Shown: positions 12,955 through 25,398 of the stretch, in pieces
How positions within the stretch are numbered: position 1 is the stretch's first letter
Layout: each line of letters starts with the position of its first letter
DNA from: Chiloscyllium plagiosum
Taxonomy: Eukaryota
Reading direction: 5' to 3'
Length of the DNA stretch: 64,000 bases
Assembly: GCF_004010195.1 (NCBI RefSeq)
Contig: NC_057719.1
Span: 13,319,904-13,383,903, forward strand
Notes under the pieces: generated by a model
The model's database searches: none
What the model was told of the DNA's origin: nothing
The model's input: only the letters and a program-made list of their open reading frames with translations
Translations under genes and position numbers: made by a program

Positions 12955-13300
12955 ACCTGCAGCTTGAGTCAAACCACATGGAATCAATGTGGATTTCACC
13001 AGTTTCCTCATTTCCCCTCCCCTCACATTATCCAACCTTCCAACTTGGCACCACCCTCTTGAACTGTCCTACCTGTTCATGTTCCTTCCCACTTATGAGC
13101 TCCAACCTCCTCTCCGACCTATCACCAATGCTCTCACCTCCATCTACCTATTGCATTCTAAGCTATCTCCTCCACCCCAGCCCCCTCCCATGTATCTCTC
13201 TACCCCCTTGGCTCACAAGCCTCATTCCTGATGAAGAGTGTATGCCCCGAAAAGTCGATTCTCCTGGTCATTGGATGCTGCCTGACTGACTGGCACCACA
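12955..13300 (+). mobile_element. PLE 3' fragment ending in family C arm
   Basis: HGINVDFTSFLISPP-like C-terminus, C-rich UTR, cctgatgaagagtgtatgccccgaaaagtc. Confidence 0.7.
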
Positions 13301-13785
13301 TTCTTCGACTTGCTACTGAGGGCAATGTTCTATTCTCTTCCTCAAAAAAATGATATGGAAATTTTATGCAGTTTCTATGACAACACACAACGTGTATAAA
13401 AACCTAAAAACACAAAGTTAAGATTGACCGGGCTGAACATTGCTGACCAGAGATGTAAGAGGTCAGTGAGCCCATCCTGACCTCATCAGAAACACTATTT
13501 TTAAAGGCTGTCTCTCCCTTTGTCTATATAGATAACTTAATCTCATCCACCAGTCACTTGTATCGTCAATGGTCAATGAAGATACATACTATCAGCTGCG
13601 GTTAATGGTACTTCAGATATTATCAACTGTTCTGATCTTGGTGGAGTACATCACCACATGGCATAGCTGAAGCTGTTAGGTTTCAGACCATTGCTGTTAA
13701 CATCCAGCCAAACACTTTTTGTCCTTTGATGTTCTAACACCTTTAGAGGATTCCTATGCTAAAATAATTTATGTTCATGGAGAGT

Positions 13786-13885
13786 CGCAGACGAAAAGTG
13801 TGGCGCTGGAAAAGTACAGCAGGTCAGGCAGCATCTGAGGAGCAGGACAGTCAACATTTCGGGCATAAGCCCTTCATCAGGAATG
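13786..13885 (-). mobile_element. Family C single arm
   Basis: gctggaaaagtacagcaggtcaggcagcatc...tttcgggcataagcccttcatcagg. Confidence 0.8.
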
Positions 13886-14267
13886 TACTCCAAGTGGGGT
13901 CTAACCAGAGCTTTGAACTCTGTATTGGGCTCTATCACGCCACGCCCCTTCCAATCGATTGGAATCAAGTTTTGTGTTTAACTGTTCAATCCTGACACTG
14001 TAGAACAAAGCTCAGAAATGTTCTCCACACTAATACAATTGATTGACAAAATAGAAAAAGAAGGTGAGCCTTCCTCAGACAGTCCATCAACCTATCGAGG
14101 ATAGATTTGAGAAAATTGCTGTAATGTTGAAAGATATCACTTGAACATTTCAAACAAACCTACTCTCAAGACTCAGTGCTTTCACAACAGTCTGTCAAGG
14201 ACCCTATAGTAGGTCTTGTCACAGCAACCCTTGATTAATAGTAGCTGACAGCTCTGCATTGCCAGTC

Positions 14268-14495
14268 CTCGCGGTGGCGCAGTGGTTAGCAGTGCCTCAC
14301 AGCGCTAGGGAACTGGGTTCAATTCCAGTGTTGGACAACTGTCCGTATGGAGTTTGCACATTTTCCCAGTGTCTGCGGGGGGTTCCTCTGGGTGCTTCAG
14401 TTTCCTCCCACAGTCCAAAGATGTACAGGTTAGGTGGATTGGCCATAGTGTTTGGGGATGTGTGTGTTTGATGCATTAGTCAGGGGAAATGTAAA
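14268..14495 (+). mobile_element. HE1-type SINE
   Basis: ggtggcgcagtggttagc head; gggttcaattcc B-box. Confidence 0.8.
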
Positions 14496-14785
14496 ATCTT
14501 CATCTCAGTCCTAAATGATCGGCCTTGGAATTGTGCCCTTGTATTGAGATTGTTCAGCCAGGAGAAGCAACCTCTCAGCGCCCACCCTGTCAAGCCCCTT
14601 CTGAATTCTACACGGTTCAATGTCATCATCTCGCCAAGGAATTAAGGTGCAATTTACTCAGCATCTCATATTGGGGACAAGTCTCACATTCCAATAATCA
14701 ATCTAGTAAACCTTCACCATCAGAAAATGTCTGCTCCTTTCAAAATTCAGCCATTAATTGTACACTATCCTTGCATAAGGGCTGA

Positions 14786-15034
14786 TACAGTGAAGGAGAA
14801 AGTGAGGACTGCAGATGCTGGAGATCAGAGTCAAAAGGTATGGTGCTGGAAAAGCACAGCCGGTCAGGCAGCATTGAGGAGCAGGAGAGTTGATGTTTCA
14901 TCAGGAATGTTGAAGATCTTATGTTCAAACGTCGATCCTCCTGCTCTTCCGCCTGACTGACTGTGCTCTTCCAGCACCATGCCTTTTGACTCTGATCTCC
15001 AGTATCTGCAGTCCTCACTTTCTCCTTCACTGTA
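14786..15034. mobile_element. Fold-back family C element
   Basis: tacagtgaaggagaaagtgaggactgcaga... / ...tctgcagtcctcactttctccttcactgta, ~85-bp arms. Confidence 0.85.
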
Positions 15035-15094
15035 ACAGCCCCTACTCAAAGGTAGTGTACAATAAATGGCTCAGGTTTGAAAAGAGCAGACAAA

Positions 15095-15419
15095 TAGAGA
15101 TGCCAGCTCAGCACTGTCCTCATGACCTGTCCTACCTGCCAATCTCCCCTCCCATCTATCCGCTCCATCCTCCTCTCTGACCTATCACCTCCATCCCCAC
15201 CCCCATTCACCTATTGTACTCTCTGCTACCTTCTCCCCAGCCCCAACCCCCCTATTTATCTCTCCACCCTGGAGGCTCCCTGCCTCTATTGCTGATGAAG
15301 GGCTTTTGCCCAAAACATCTCTTTTCCTGCACCTTGGATGCTGCCTGACCTGCTGTGCTTTTCCAGCACCACTCTAATCTAGACTCTAGTTTCCAGCATC
15401 TGCAGTCCTCACTTTTGCC
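15095..15419 (+). mobile_element. PLE 3' fragment with family C arm
   Basis: C-rich UTR, then ctgatgaagggcttttgcccaaaac. Confidence 0.75.
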
Positions 15420-15469
15420 AAATAGAGGTGCCACACAGGCACTAATCCTTAAACACAGGAGAACAAGTT

Positions 15470-16320
15470 AATAAGGTGACTGAGGATGTTAAAGGAAGTA
15501 GGGGATGACATTGTAGACACCCTAACTATAATCTTTCAAAGTTCTGTAGATACAGAAAACATCTCTGTGGATTGGAACATTGCACGTGTCACCTGCCTTT
15601 TAAGAAAGGCGAAATAGGAAAACTGGACTGTATCACTGGTCTGGTGTTACAGACCAGTCAGCTTAACATCTGTGGTGGAGGCATGGTTGGAGTCTATAAT
15701 TGACGTTGGGGTAACTGAATACCTTGAAAATTTTCAGTTAATCGGAGAGAGCCATTCCTTCATAAACAGGTATGTTACATTAACAACTTACTGGTCCTCT
15801 GGGTTTCTCCCTGACTCCAGTGATTCCTGAAAGATCACCACCAACGCCTCTACAATCTCTACAGCTACCTCCTTCAGAACTCTGGTGATGTTTATCTGGT
15901 CCAGGTGAGTTATCCACCTTCAGACCTTTCAGCATTCATGAAGGGTAGGCCATGTCTAACAAGTCTCATAAATGATCACCACCAATGTCTCTACAATCTC
16001 CACAGCTATGTCCTTCAGAACGCTGGTGTAGTCCATCTGGTCTGGGTGGTTTATACACCTCCAGACCTTTCAGCAACCTCCGCACGCATTCCTTAGTGAT
16101 GGCCACCACACTCACCCCTGACCCTGACTCTCTTGAAGTTCTGGTATGTTGCTGGTGCCTTCCATCATGATGCCTGATGCAAAATACCCATTCAGACCCT
16201 GCACCATTTCTTTGTTCCCCATTACTACTTCTCCCTCAGCCTCATTTTCCAGCGATCCAATATCTAGTCTTGCCTTTCTCTTAACTTTTAGATATCTAAT
16301 AAAAACTCTTATATTACTCA
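15470..16320. mobile_element. Rearranged CR1 ORF2 fragments on both strands
   Basis: Plus-strand YRPVSLTSVV-like motif; minus-strand GNKEMVQGLNGYFAS. Confidence 0.65.
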
Positions 16321-17064
16321 CTAGTTTCCCTTCAAAATTCTTCCCCCATTATTAGTGTTACATCAACAATGCATACAAGTTCTAATTCAAGCAAACTTCA
16401 TTCAGAGTCAGTTTCTTGTATCATTGTCCAATCCATAATATAAGTACTTGCTCTGTTGCCTTCTAGGGGTCAGTACAAATCACACTGTTCATATTCCAGC
16501 AGAGGCAGTCATCGTTGTATCAAACTATAACAGCCAGGGGATATGCAACTGCGCAAATGACCTCTTTATTTTATCAGCCTTGTAACAGTGATATTCGCTG
16601 AGGCATAGGCTGTAAATTTTAATTCACTGAAATTGCTTTTTAGACAGGGTCATCCTGGATCAGTAATTACGACTCCCATCTCTGCATCAGGCAGTTATGT
16701 GTTTCTGGTGTGCAAGACTAAGGGAGTACAGTTGGAGGTTTGGTCATTTCTGTAAGTTTCAGGAACAAGACGCGCTGATTTCAGGAGGCCACAGAATGTT
16801 CTGACACTTCTGAAAAATGTTCTCTGCCTCTCAGTATTGCCCATTAGCAGACCAATGTAGTTACTGTGACTGCTGGCACGGGATGGCTGTTTGAATTTTG
16901 AAGCTCTGATCAGAAACATTGGAAGAGCATGCAATTCTGTAAGAGTGTCAGAACATTCCAAAACGTACTTTATGGTCCATGACATACTTTTCCAAAGTGT
17001 AGTCACTGCGACAAAGTGGCAGTGAATGTTTACATGGTATGATCCCACATGGTCATGGCCAGGT

Positions 17065-17410
17065 TTGTTTTATTCATTGATGGGATGAGGGCGTCACTGG
17101 CTTGGCTAGCATTTATTGCCCATCCCCAATTACCCAGAGGGAAGTTATGAGTCAACTGTATTGCTGTAGGTGTAGAGTCACATGTATGCCCAGACCAGGT
17201 AAGGATGACAGTTTCCTTCACCATTAATAAACCAGATGGACTTTTCTAACGATCGACAATGGTTTCATGGTCATCATCAGACCTTAACAGATTTTTGTTA
17301 TTGAATTAAAATTCTACATCTGCTGTGGCAGGATTTGTACCCAAGTGCCTGGAACATTACCTGTGTCTCTGGATTAACTGTCCAGTGATAATACCAATAA
17401 GCCATCCCTT
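17065..17410 (-). mobile_element. Second-family SINE
   Basis: Reverse complement of the 4872-5196 family. Confidence 0.75.
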
Positions 17411-18171
17411 TCCATCATTTGTTATATTCTGAAGGACTGGCTGAAGGACAAAAAGATGGCCAAGATATTGACAGGAACTATCTTACTCTTCTTCAAATCT
17501 GAGCTATGTAAAGCTCTATCATCATTCCAGAGGGTAAATAGAGACTCAGGGTATCCAAGCGTCGTTACACTCCCACTCTGTCATTAGAGGGAGATGACTG
17601 GTGGTGGTCTAACCTGAGGGTCATGATGCTTCAAGCAAATGGGGAAGTTGAGAAGCAGAGTCCCTCTTGGTCACATTACCCAGTGCAGGAATTGAACCTT
17701 GCAGTTATCAACCAACCATCCAGCCAACTGAGCAAACTAACCGTCATATTACAGTCTCGAGCTGCTGCACTGAAGTGTCATCCTGGTTTATATATGATGA
17801 ACGACAGAGCGGCTCTCAAACCCTCAATCTTTGCTATGAGTGCTAACTAATGAGCCGCACTTGACTTATTCTCGGCTGTGTGGGATTTCTAACCAATAAA
17901 GTACTACATAAAGGTAAATATTGTTTCCCACATCATTTTGTTAAATAAGGAATTGTAACAAAGGCCTTTGTAACAAAAGCATCATCAGATTGATGCTCGG
18001 CTTGAACGTTTGCCCACTCTGAGGTTGCTCCATGTCTGAGCCTAATGTCCACAGAAATATGGAGCAAACCTTTGATCAGAAAGCTTCATCAGAAGACTGG
18101 AGTATCAGGGAGAAGATTGGACACAACTCTCTTTTACAACACGAGCTGGCAAAAGGCAAAGTTCCAGCGTG

Positions 18172-19177
18172 AGGTACAGTTAGTAAGTTTGCAGATGCCA
18201 CCAAAATTGGAGGTGTAGTGGACAGCGAAGAGGGTTGCCTCAGATTACAACAGGATCTGGACCAGATGGGCCAATGGGCTAGAAGTGGTAGATGGAGTTT
18301 AATTCAGATAAATGCGAGGTGCTGTATTTTGGGAAAGCAAATCTTAGCAGGACTTATACACATAATGGTAAGCTGCTAGGGAGTGTTGCTGAACAAAGAG
18401 AGCTTGGAGTGCAGGTTCATAGCTCCTTGAAAGTGGAGCCACAGGTAGATAGGATAGTGAAGAAGGCATTTGGTATGCTTTCCTTTATTGGTCAGGGTAT
18501 TGAGTATAGGAGATGGGAGATCAGAGTCGGGGAGTCCAGAACTAGAGGGCATAGGTTTAGGGTGAGAGGGGACTGATATAAAAGAGACCTAAGGGGCAAC
18601 TTTTTCACGCAGATGGTAGTGCATGTATGGAATGAGCTGCCAGAGGATGTGGTGGAGGCTGGTACAATTGCGACATTTAAGAGGCATTTGGATGGGTATA
18701 TGAATAGGAAGGGCTTTGGAGGGATATGGGCCGGATGCTGGCAGGTGGGACTAGATTGGGTTGGGATGTCTAGTCGGCAAAGTCCATCATCCAAAAGGCA
18801 CATGTCAGGAGTGTGATGGAACATTCCCCACTTGTCTGGATAGGTACAGTTCCAACAACACTCAAAAAGCTCAACATCTTTGAAATCTGTGTTGCAGGCA
18901 GACAGGGTAGTTAAGAAGACATTTTGCATGCTTGCCTTCATTGCTCAGACCATTGAGTAGTGGAGTTGGGATGTGATGTTGAAGTTGTACAGGACGTTTT
19001 TGAGGCCACTTCTGCAGTATTATGCACAGATGTGGTTGCCCTGCTAATAAGAAAGATATTATTAAATTGGAAAGGTTTCAGAAAAGGTATACAAGGATGT
19101 TGCTGGGTCTGGTGGATTGAGTTATAAGGAGAGGCTGGATAGGCTGGGAATATTTTCTGTGGAGCAGAGGAGGTTGA
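18172..19177 (+). mobile_element. CR1 LINE fragments
   Basis: SKFAD, MEFNSDKCEVLYFG, TRGHRFRVRG, WNELP. Confidence 0.9.
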
Positions 19178-19871
19178 TGTGTCACAGGGTTCAGTGCTGG
19201 GTCTCAAACCACTTACAAATTAAATAAATGACTCAGAGGTAGGTATGGTAACCATATTTACTAATGACACATGGAACATCGAACATAAAACAGCACCTCA
19301 CAGTAACAGATCCTTCGGCCCATGATGTTGTGTCGAACATATGGGCGGCACGGTGGCACAGTGGTTAGCACTGCTGCCTCACAGCGCCAGAGACCCGGGT
19401 TCAATTCCCGACTCAGGCGACTGACTGTGTGGAGTTTGCACATTCTCCCCGTGTCTGCGTGGGTTTCCTCCGGGTGCTCCGGTTTCCTCCCACAGTCCAA
19501 ACATGTGCGAGTCAGATGAATTGGCCATACTAAATTGCCCGTAGTGTTAGGTTAAAGGGGTAAATGTCAGGGTATGGGTGGGTTGCGCTTCGGCGGGTCG
19601 GTGTGGACTCAGAAAAGGTATACAAGGATGTTGCTGGGTCTGGTGGATTGAGTTATAAGGAGAGGCTGGATAGGCTGGGAATATTTTCTGTGGAGCAGAG
19701 GAGGTTGATGTGTCACAGGGTTCAGTGCTGGGTCTCAAACCACTTACAAATTAAATAAATGACTCAGAGGTAGGTATGGTAACCATATTTACTAATGACA
19801 CATGGAACATCGAACATAAAACAGCACCTCACAGTAACAGATCCTTCGGCCCACGATGTTGTGTCGAACAT
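19078..19871 (+). repeat. 263-bp direct duplication (19078-19340 and 19609-19871) flanking the SINE
   Basis: Copies identical by eye except one T/C (cccatg vs cccacg). Confidence 0.9.
19343..19608 (+). mobile_element. Young HE1-type SINE, 3'-truncated
   Basis: gggcggcacggtggcacagtggttagcactgctgcctcacagcgccagagacccgggttcaattcccg; CpGs retained. Confidence 0.9.
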
Positions 19872-21424
19872 GATGCTAATCCCTTCTGCCTGCCCAGGGT
19901 CCATATCCCTCCATTCTTTGCTTATCCCTGTGCTTATCTAAAAGGCCCTTAAATGCCCCTGTCAGTTCTGCATGCCCCTATTCTATCCCGACACATAAGT
20001 AGAATAGGTAAATTGGGAAGATGACATAATGAGGCTGAAAAGGATATAAATACCTTAAATCAGTGAACACAGATCTGCCAGATCTGCGTATAATGTGGGA
20101 AAAAAAAACACAAATATGTCCATTCTGGCAGGAAGAGTAATAAAGTAGCATTTCATCTAAGTGTTGGGAGATTTTTGAGCTCTGAGATTGCAGAGGGATC
20201 TGGGTGTCCTCCTTCATGAATTGTAAAAAAATGCAATGCAGGTGCACCATGTAATCAGGAAAACTCATAGAATATTTATTATCATTTACTGTGGGGAGAA
20301 TTGAATACAAGAGTCAGGAGCATAATCCTCAATTATACAGGGCATAGAATGTCATACCTAAAGATGCAAAGGGAGCTGCAAACGATAGCCAAAAGAAATA
20401 ACCAGCCATGTCAAACAAGACTGGATTTTTATGGTTACAATGATAATGAGGAGTTGAGTTGTCATTGGTCAACAACAGGTATCCCTGATGGGCAATGTAC
20501 CAAACTGCAGACATAATTTATGTATTCCCACAAAGCACGTACAAAGACAATGGTAAAAAAAGCCAGTTTCAACTCTACAGGAGTGTGCTTCGGGACTGAA
20601 TGTTGTCATGTGAGCCAACTGGCAAAGGTACCCATGTGCCCTAGCCTGGCTGCAAGTACTAGCCTGCTTTGAAGCTGACAGTCAAAGAGCCATTCCCTGG
20701 CCACTCCTGCGTTGCAGGTAAGTGGGTACTAGAAGTCAGATAGCTAGTAAACCAGACAAAAGGAAACAGGACATCTAATAAGCTTGAATGCACCCTGAAT
20801 GTTGATGAAAGGTATCAGTGTAACAAAATCTCAACCAATCTGCAAAACTAATGATTGCGTTATTGACAATTCCATTAACACCATCAATGCTACCAATAAT
20901 CTCCACTGAAATGGCTGCAATATTCAACTATCTGCACTTTAGGAATGATTCAGAGATTGATCTGCAAACCTTTAACTTTTCATTTTTAACTTCAGGAGTC
21001 AAGTCTTATTTCTAACCTGTGTGCTGTGTCAGAACATAATTAGAAATTAACACAGTCCCCTTTTTGTTAACTCAAGAAACCCTGAATAAATTGGCACTTT
21101 TTAAAATACAATTCAATTTGGATCCAGGATCCACAATGGAAGTGATCAGTTTTTAAATTGATCCGGCCGGGAAAATTAAAGAAGATTATATAAATATCGG
21201 TTGCAACATGATTAAGGCAACACCTTACAAGCTAATACTATAAGGCACATCTTAACAGGCATGAACCTTGAACACTCTAAATATTCACATCAGCAAAAAT
21301 AACCGTCGAGGAACCTGTGTTGGCCTTGACAGTGTCTCAGGAGTATAGACAGGATATGAGAAAGACCGAGGAAGGAAGATTTTTGTTCATTGCAAAAGAA
21401 TGAAAGAAAAATAATGTAGCAAGC

Positions 21425-22058
21425 ACTTAGTATGTTTGCCTTTATTGGTTAGAGCATTGAGTACAGGAGTTTGGAGGTCATATTGCAGCTGTACAGGACA
21501 TTGGTTAGGCCACTGTTGGAATATTGCATGCAATTCTGGTCTCCTTCCTATTGGAAGGATGTTATGAAACTTGAAAGGGTTCAGAAAAGATTTACAAGGA
21601 TGTTGCCAGGATTGGAGGATTTGAGCTATAGGGATAGGCTGAACAGGCTGGGGCTGTTTTCGCTGGAGCCTCGGAGCTGAGTTGTGACCTTATAGAGATT
21701 TATAAAATCATGAGCATGGATAGGGTAAATAGATAAGATATTTTCCTTGGGGTGGGGGAGTTCGGAACTAGAGGGCATACATTTAAGGTGAGCGGGGAAA
21801 GATTTAAAAGGGAGCTAAGGAGCAACTTTTTCACTCAGAGGGTGGTGTGTATATGGAATGAGCTGCCAGAGGAAGTGGTGGAAGTTGGTACAACTACAGC
21901 ATTTGAAAGGCATCTGTATGGGTACATGAATAGGAAGGGCTTGGATGGATAGGGGCCAAATGATGGCAAATGGGACTAGATTTATTAAGGATATCTGGTC
22001 GGCATGGACAAGTTGGACCGAAGAGCCTCTTTCTGTGCTGTACATCTTGATGACTCTT
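21425..22058 (+). mobile_element. CR1 LINE 3' fragment
   Basis: LYRTLVRPLLEYCMQFWSP...LERVQKRFTRMLPGL. Confidence 0.92.
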
Positions 22059-23292
22059 ATCAGTGTAGAATAGTTGATGATTTTCTGTACGTATCAGATG
22101 TGAGACAGAGACTGGACAGACTTCGGACCGAGATAGGTCAGATATGGGATAGATCTGGGACCGAATATCAGACAGATTTCTGTTTAGCCAGTCTAGTTTT
22201 GAGGTCATTTGAGTGAGGCCAAAGTGAGCCTGCCCGCAGGAAACCTATGGTCTGTTACAGCCAATCGGGGGGGTGTGGTTGAAAGGAGCGAGGAGCCAGT
22301 TCATCCCTCTGCACTCAGCAGCTGAATGACTTTGGGTTATCCGGTCTGGAGAATAAATTGGGGAGGTTTTGCCCAGGATCTGAGTGAAACAACATCCACT
22401 TTCTGATGGTCTGGACCTCAGCAAATGTTTGTCATTGAGAGCCCAGCACAATTGTTTTGGAGCATATTGGAAATGAATATGCTCTTCACATGGTTCCTTC
22501 TGCTAATTGGAACTGGAACATTCTTCAAGCATTTAGAACAGTTGGCTCAATCTAAAGCCTTAGTAAACATTTCTCACAGAGAAATCAAACTGAGCTTGCA
22601 TTAAATGTCAATAAATCTATTCTGTAGATTTCCTTTTACCAAAACACCAGAATAAGAAGGCGAGAGTTGAGGGTTCTGCACTCCCTAATGGAATTCCTGA
22701 TGGATTTATATTGCACCAATTGCTCCACTTTTGATCCTATTTAATCATCTCCCAAGGAGAAACTCCAACAGCAGATGTATTAAATGCCGTACTCTGTAGT
22801 TGCTGACACCTTACCGAGACGAGAACGCATGCATGTCTCATCAGGGTAGCTCACATAGTTAAAGATCTCTGTCTCAATAAAAGATGCTTGTCAAAAATAT
22901 TTTCATTTGATGTGATGGACAGTGAACTGACACTGAAGGTCATGTTTGCTAAGCTGCAGCAAAGACACAACTGTGCATTTTGGTAAAAAATGGTCTCGTT
23001 ATTTACTTGGCTGTGATTAGGTTAATCTCATTTTGAAAAGATGCTGCATGGCTCCTTCACACTATGTGATCATTTAGAAATAGACTCTGCTTCTGCCAAA
23101 GGAGCTGAAAAGTTAATGACAGTCAGATGTCTGTTGAATAACAAGTTCTCCAGATGCAGCCCAATAGTGAAGGTGGCCTACTAGACCGATGTGAAATTCT
23201 GTATATCAGGGGTTGGGGAGGGGGGTGGTGTTAACATCTTCTCATCACTGAAATAATGTGGGATTGGTGTGGATTAGAGACATGTCACTTTC

Positions 23293-23610
23293 CACGGTTG
23301 CTCAATGGTTAGCACTGCTGCCAGAGATCTGGGTTCAATTCCAGCCTCGGGTGACTGTCTGTGTGGTGTTTGCATATTCTCCCCGTGTCTGCGTGGGTTT
23401 CCTCCGGGTGCTCTGCATCCCTCCCACAGTCTAAAGATGTGCAGGTCGGGTGAATCGGCCATGCTAAATTACCCCAGGGATGTGCAGTCTGGGTGGGTTA
23501 GCCTTGGGAATTGCAGGGATCTGGGAGGAGGGTGGGATGCGTTTCGGAGGAATGTCGTGGATTCGATGGGCTGAATGGCCTGCTTTCATACTGTAGGGAT
23601 TCTATGATTC
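23293..23610 (+). mobile_element. HE1-type SINE
   Basis: tRNA-like head; tgtagggattctatgattc tail. Confidence 0.85.
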
Positions 23611-23616
23611 CTGATG

Positions 23617-23810
23617 TGGAAATGCTGGTGTTGGACTAGGTGGATGAAGTCACATGACACCAGATCATAGTTCAACAGGTTTATTTGAAATCACAAGCTT
23701 TTGAAGTGCTGCTCCTTCATCACCTGGCGAAAGAGCTGTGCTCTGACAGCTTGTGATTTCAAATAAACCTGTTGGACTATTACCTGGTGCCATGTGACTA
23801 CTTGTCCTGT
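23617..23810. mobile_element. Fold-back family B element
   Basis: Arms aggtttatttgaaatcacaagct / agcttgtgatttcaaataaacct around degenerate hammerhead cores. Confidence 0.75.
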
Positions 23811-24204
23811 CAGTGCTTCGCACCATTACATGCAACAAAACATGGGTTCTATTCTCCAGCAACATTGCCTCTTGCCGACACAAGCAGTCAAACGCACAGC
23901 GAGAAAAGTAAACGAGTAATCTGCAATTTGTAACGCAGTAATAGCTCAAAGCATTTGCAAAGAATCTTCAGCCTCCAGCCTCCCAGTTCTTTTGATGCTT
24001 TCATATCACCCGATAAATATATTTATGATTGCTGAAGATTCCCTTGCTTATATGGTCTTTACACACACACTCGCGCGGGCACTTCTCTTAAAGTGAATGC
24101 CTGTTGTTCAAATAATTCATAATGCACAGAAGAAACAAGTTTTCTCAAGGTTGAGTGTGCAGATATACTGAGCAATGTTTACCTGAGCAAGTTAGATCCA
24201 TAAC

Positions 24205-24380
24205 AACAAAACAGAAATTGCAGGAAAAGCTCAGCAGGTCCTGCAGCATCTGTGAAGGGTCACTGGACCCGAAATGTTAACTCTAATTTCTCTTCACGGA
24301 TGCTGCCGGACCTGCTGAGCTTTTCCAGCAATTTCCATCGTTGTTTCTGATTTCTGGCATCAACCGTTACTTTGTTTCTT
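24205..24380. mobile_element. Fold-back PLE-derived element family D
   Basis: gaaaagctcagcaggtc / gacctgctgagcttttc arms; gaagggtcactggacccgaaatgtta stem II plus GAAA. Confidence 0.65.
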
Positions 24381-24634
24381 TAAAATTTAAGTCCCTGTTT
24401 GCTTGAGGTGATTTACTGCAAAAGTGATGTGACAGGGAGGAGAGTGTCTCATGGGGTGGGGTGAGGGCTGGAGGGTATTGGCTATCGTAATGGACATCGG
24501 TCGCTGTTGGCCTGTGAAGCACAAAATTACTCCATTACTACTCAGTGACTAAGTGTGTTTCCATGGATACCAACCAGAGGTCGGACACTTTTACAGAATC
24601 GACCACAGGCAATCATCCTTTGCTTTCACTGGAG

Positions 24635-25020
24635 GGCGGGAGGTTCAGAGGTGACCTGATAGAAGTTTATAAAATATTGAGAGGTATAGATAAAGTTAAT
24701 GTTAGTTGCCTTTACCATAAGATGGGAAATTTCAAGACTTTGGGGGCACATTTTTAAGGTGAGAGGAAAGAGATTTTAAAAAGACTTAAGAGGAAAATAT
24801 TTTACACAGAAGGTGGTTCATGTGTGGAATGGATTTCCTGAGGAAGTGGTGGATGTTGGTATAATACAACGTTTAAAAGACGCTTGGATGGATTAATGAA
24901 GAGGAAAAGTTTGGAGGGAAAAGGGCCAGGAACAGGCAGGTGGGACTAATTTAGCTTGGGATTATGTTCGGTGTGGACCGAAGGGTCTGTTTCCATCCTG
25001 TATGACTCTATGACTCTATG
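24635..25020 (+). mobile_element. CR1 LINE 3' end
   Basis: RGDLIEVYKILRG; (TATGACTC)n tail. Confidence 0.9.
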
Positions 25021-25398
25021 TGCACATTGAGAAATGTAATTCAATTGGCTGAGGTACTGGAATTCGATGGAGGATTGTGAGAGGGTGGACACTGGGGGAA
25101 ACAAAATTTGTGGCAGTCCATTGTCTCTACAGTAAATTGGGAGTTCGCATTTGACTGACAGGAGCTATTTGCATCTTACAGTCGGACCTGTGAGAATTTC
25201 AGTCCATTCCTGGCTCAACCGAAGTGTTCTACTTTCTCCTGAGGAGAGAGAAAGAGGAAAGGGAGAAGGTTTTTGTGGGGGAAGGAGAGAAGGTTCCAGG
25301 CTTCATAGGAATACGTTGCAGCAGATAACCAAGTACAGAGGCGGCCTCCGGACAGGGCTTCTGAATGAATGGAAAGAGAACGGTTAAAAGAAGGTTGG

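Noticed and set aside
19343..19410. tRNA gene
   Set aside because: tRNA-derived head of a multi-copy SINE, not a standalone cloverleaf
20329..20514. Minus ORF with FFWLSFAAPF followed by a GT donor-like site
   Set aside because: No real similarity to the SYNDIG1 middle exon
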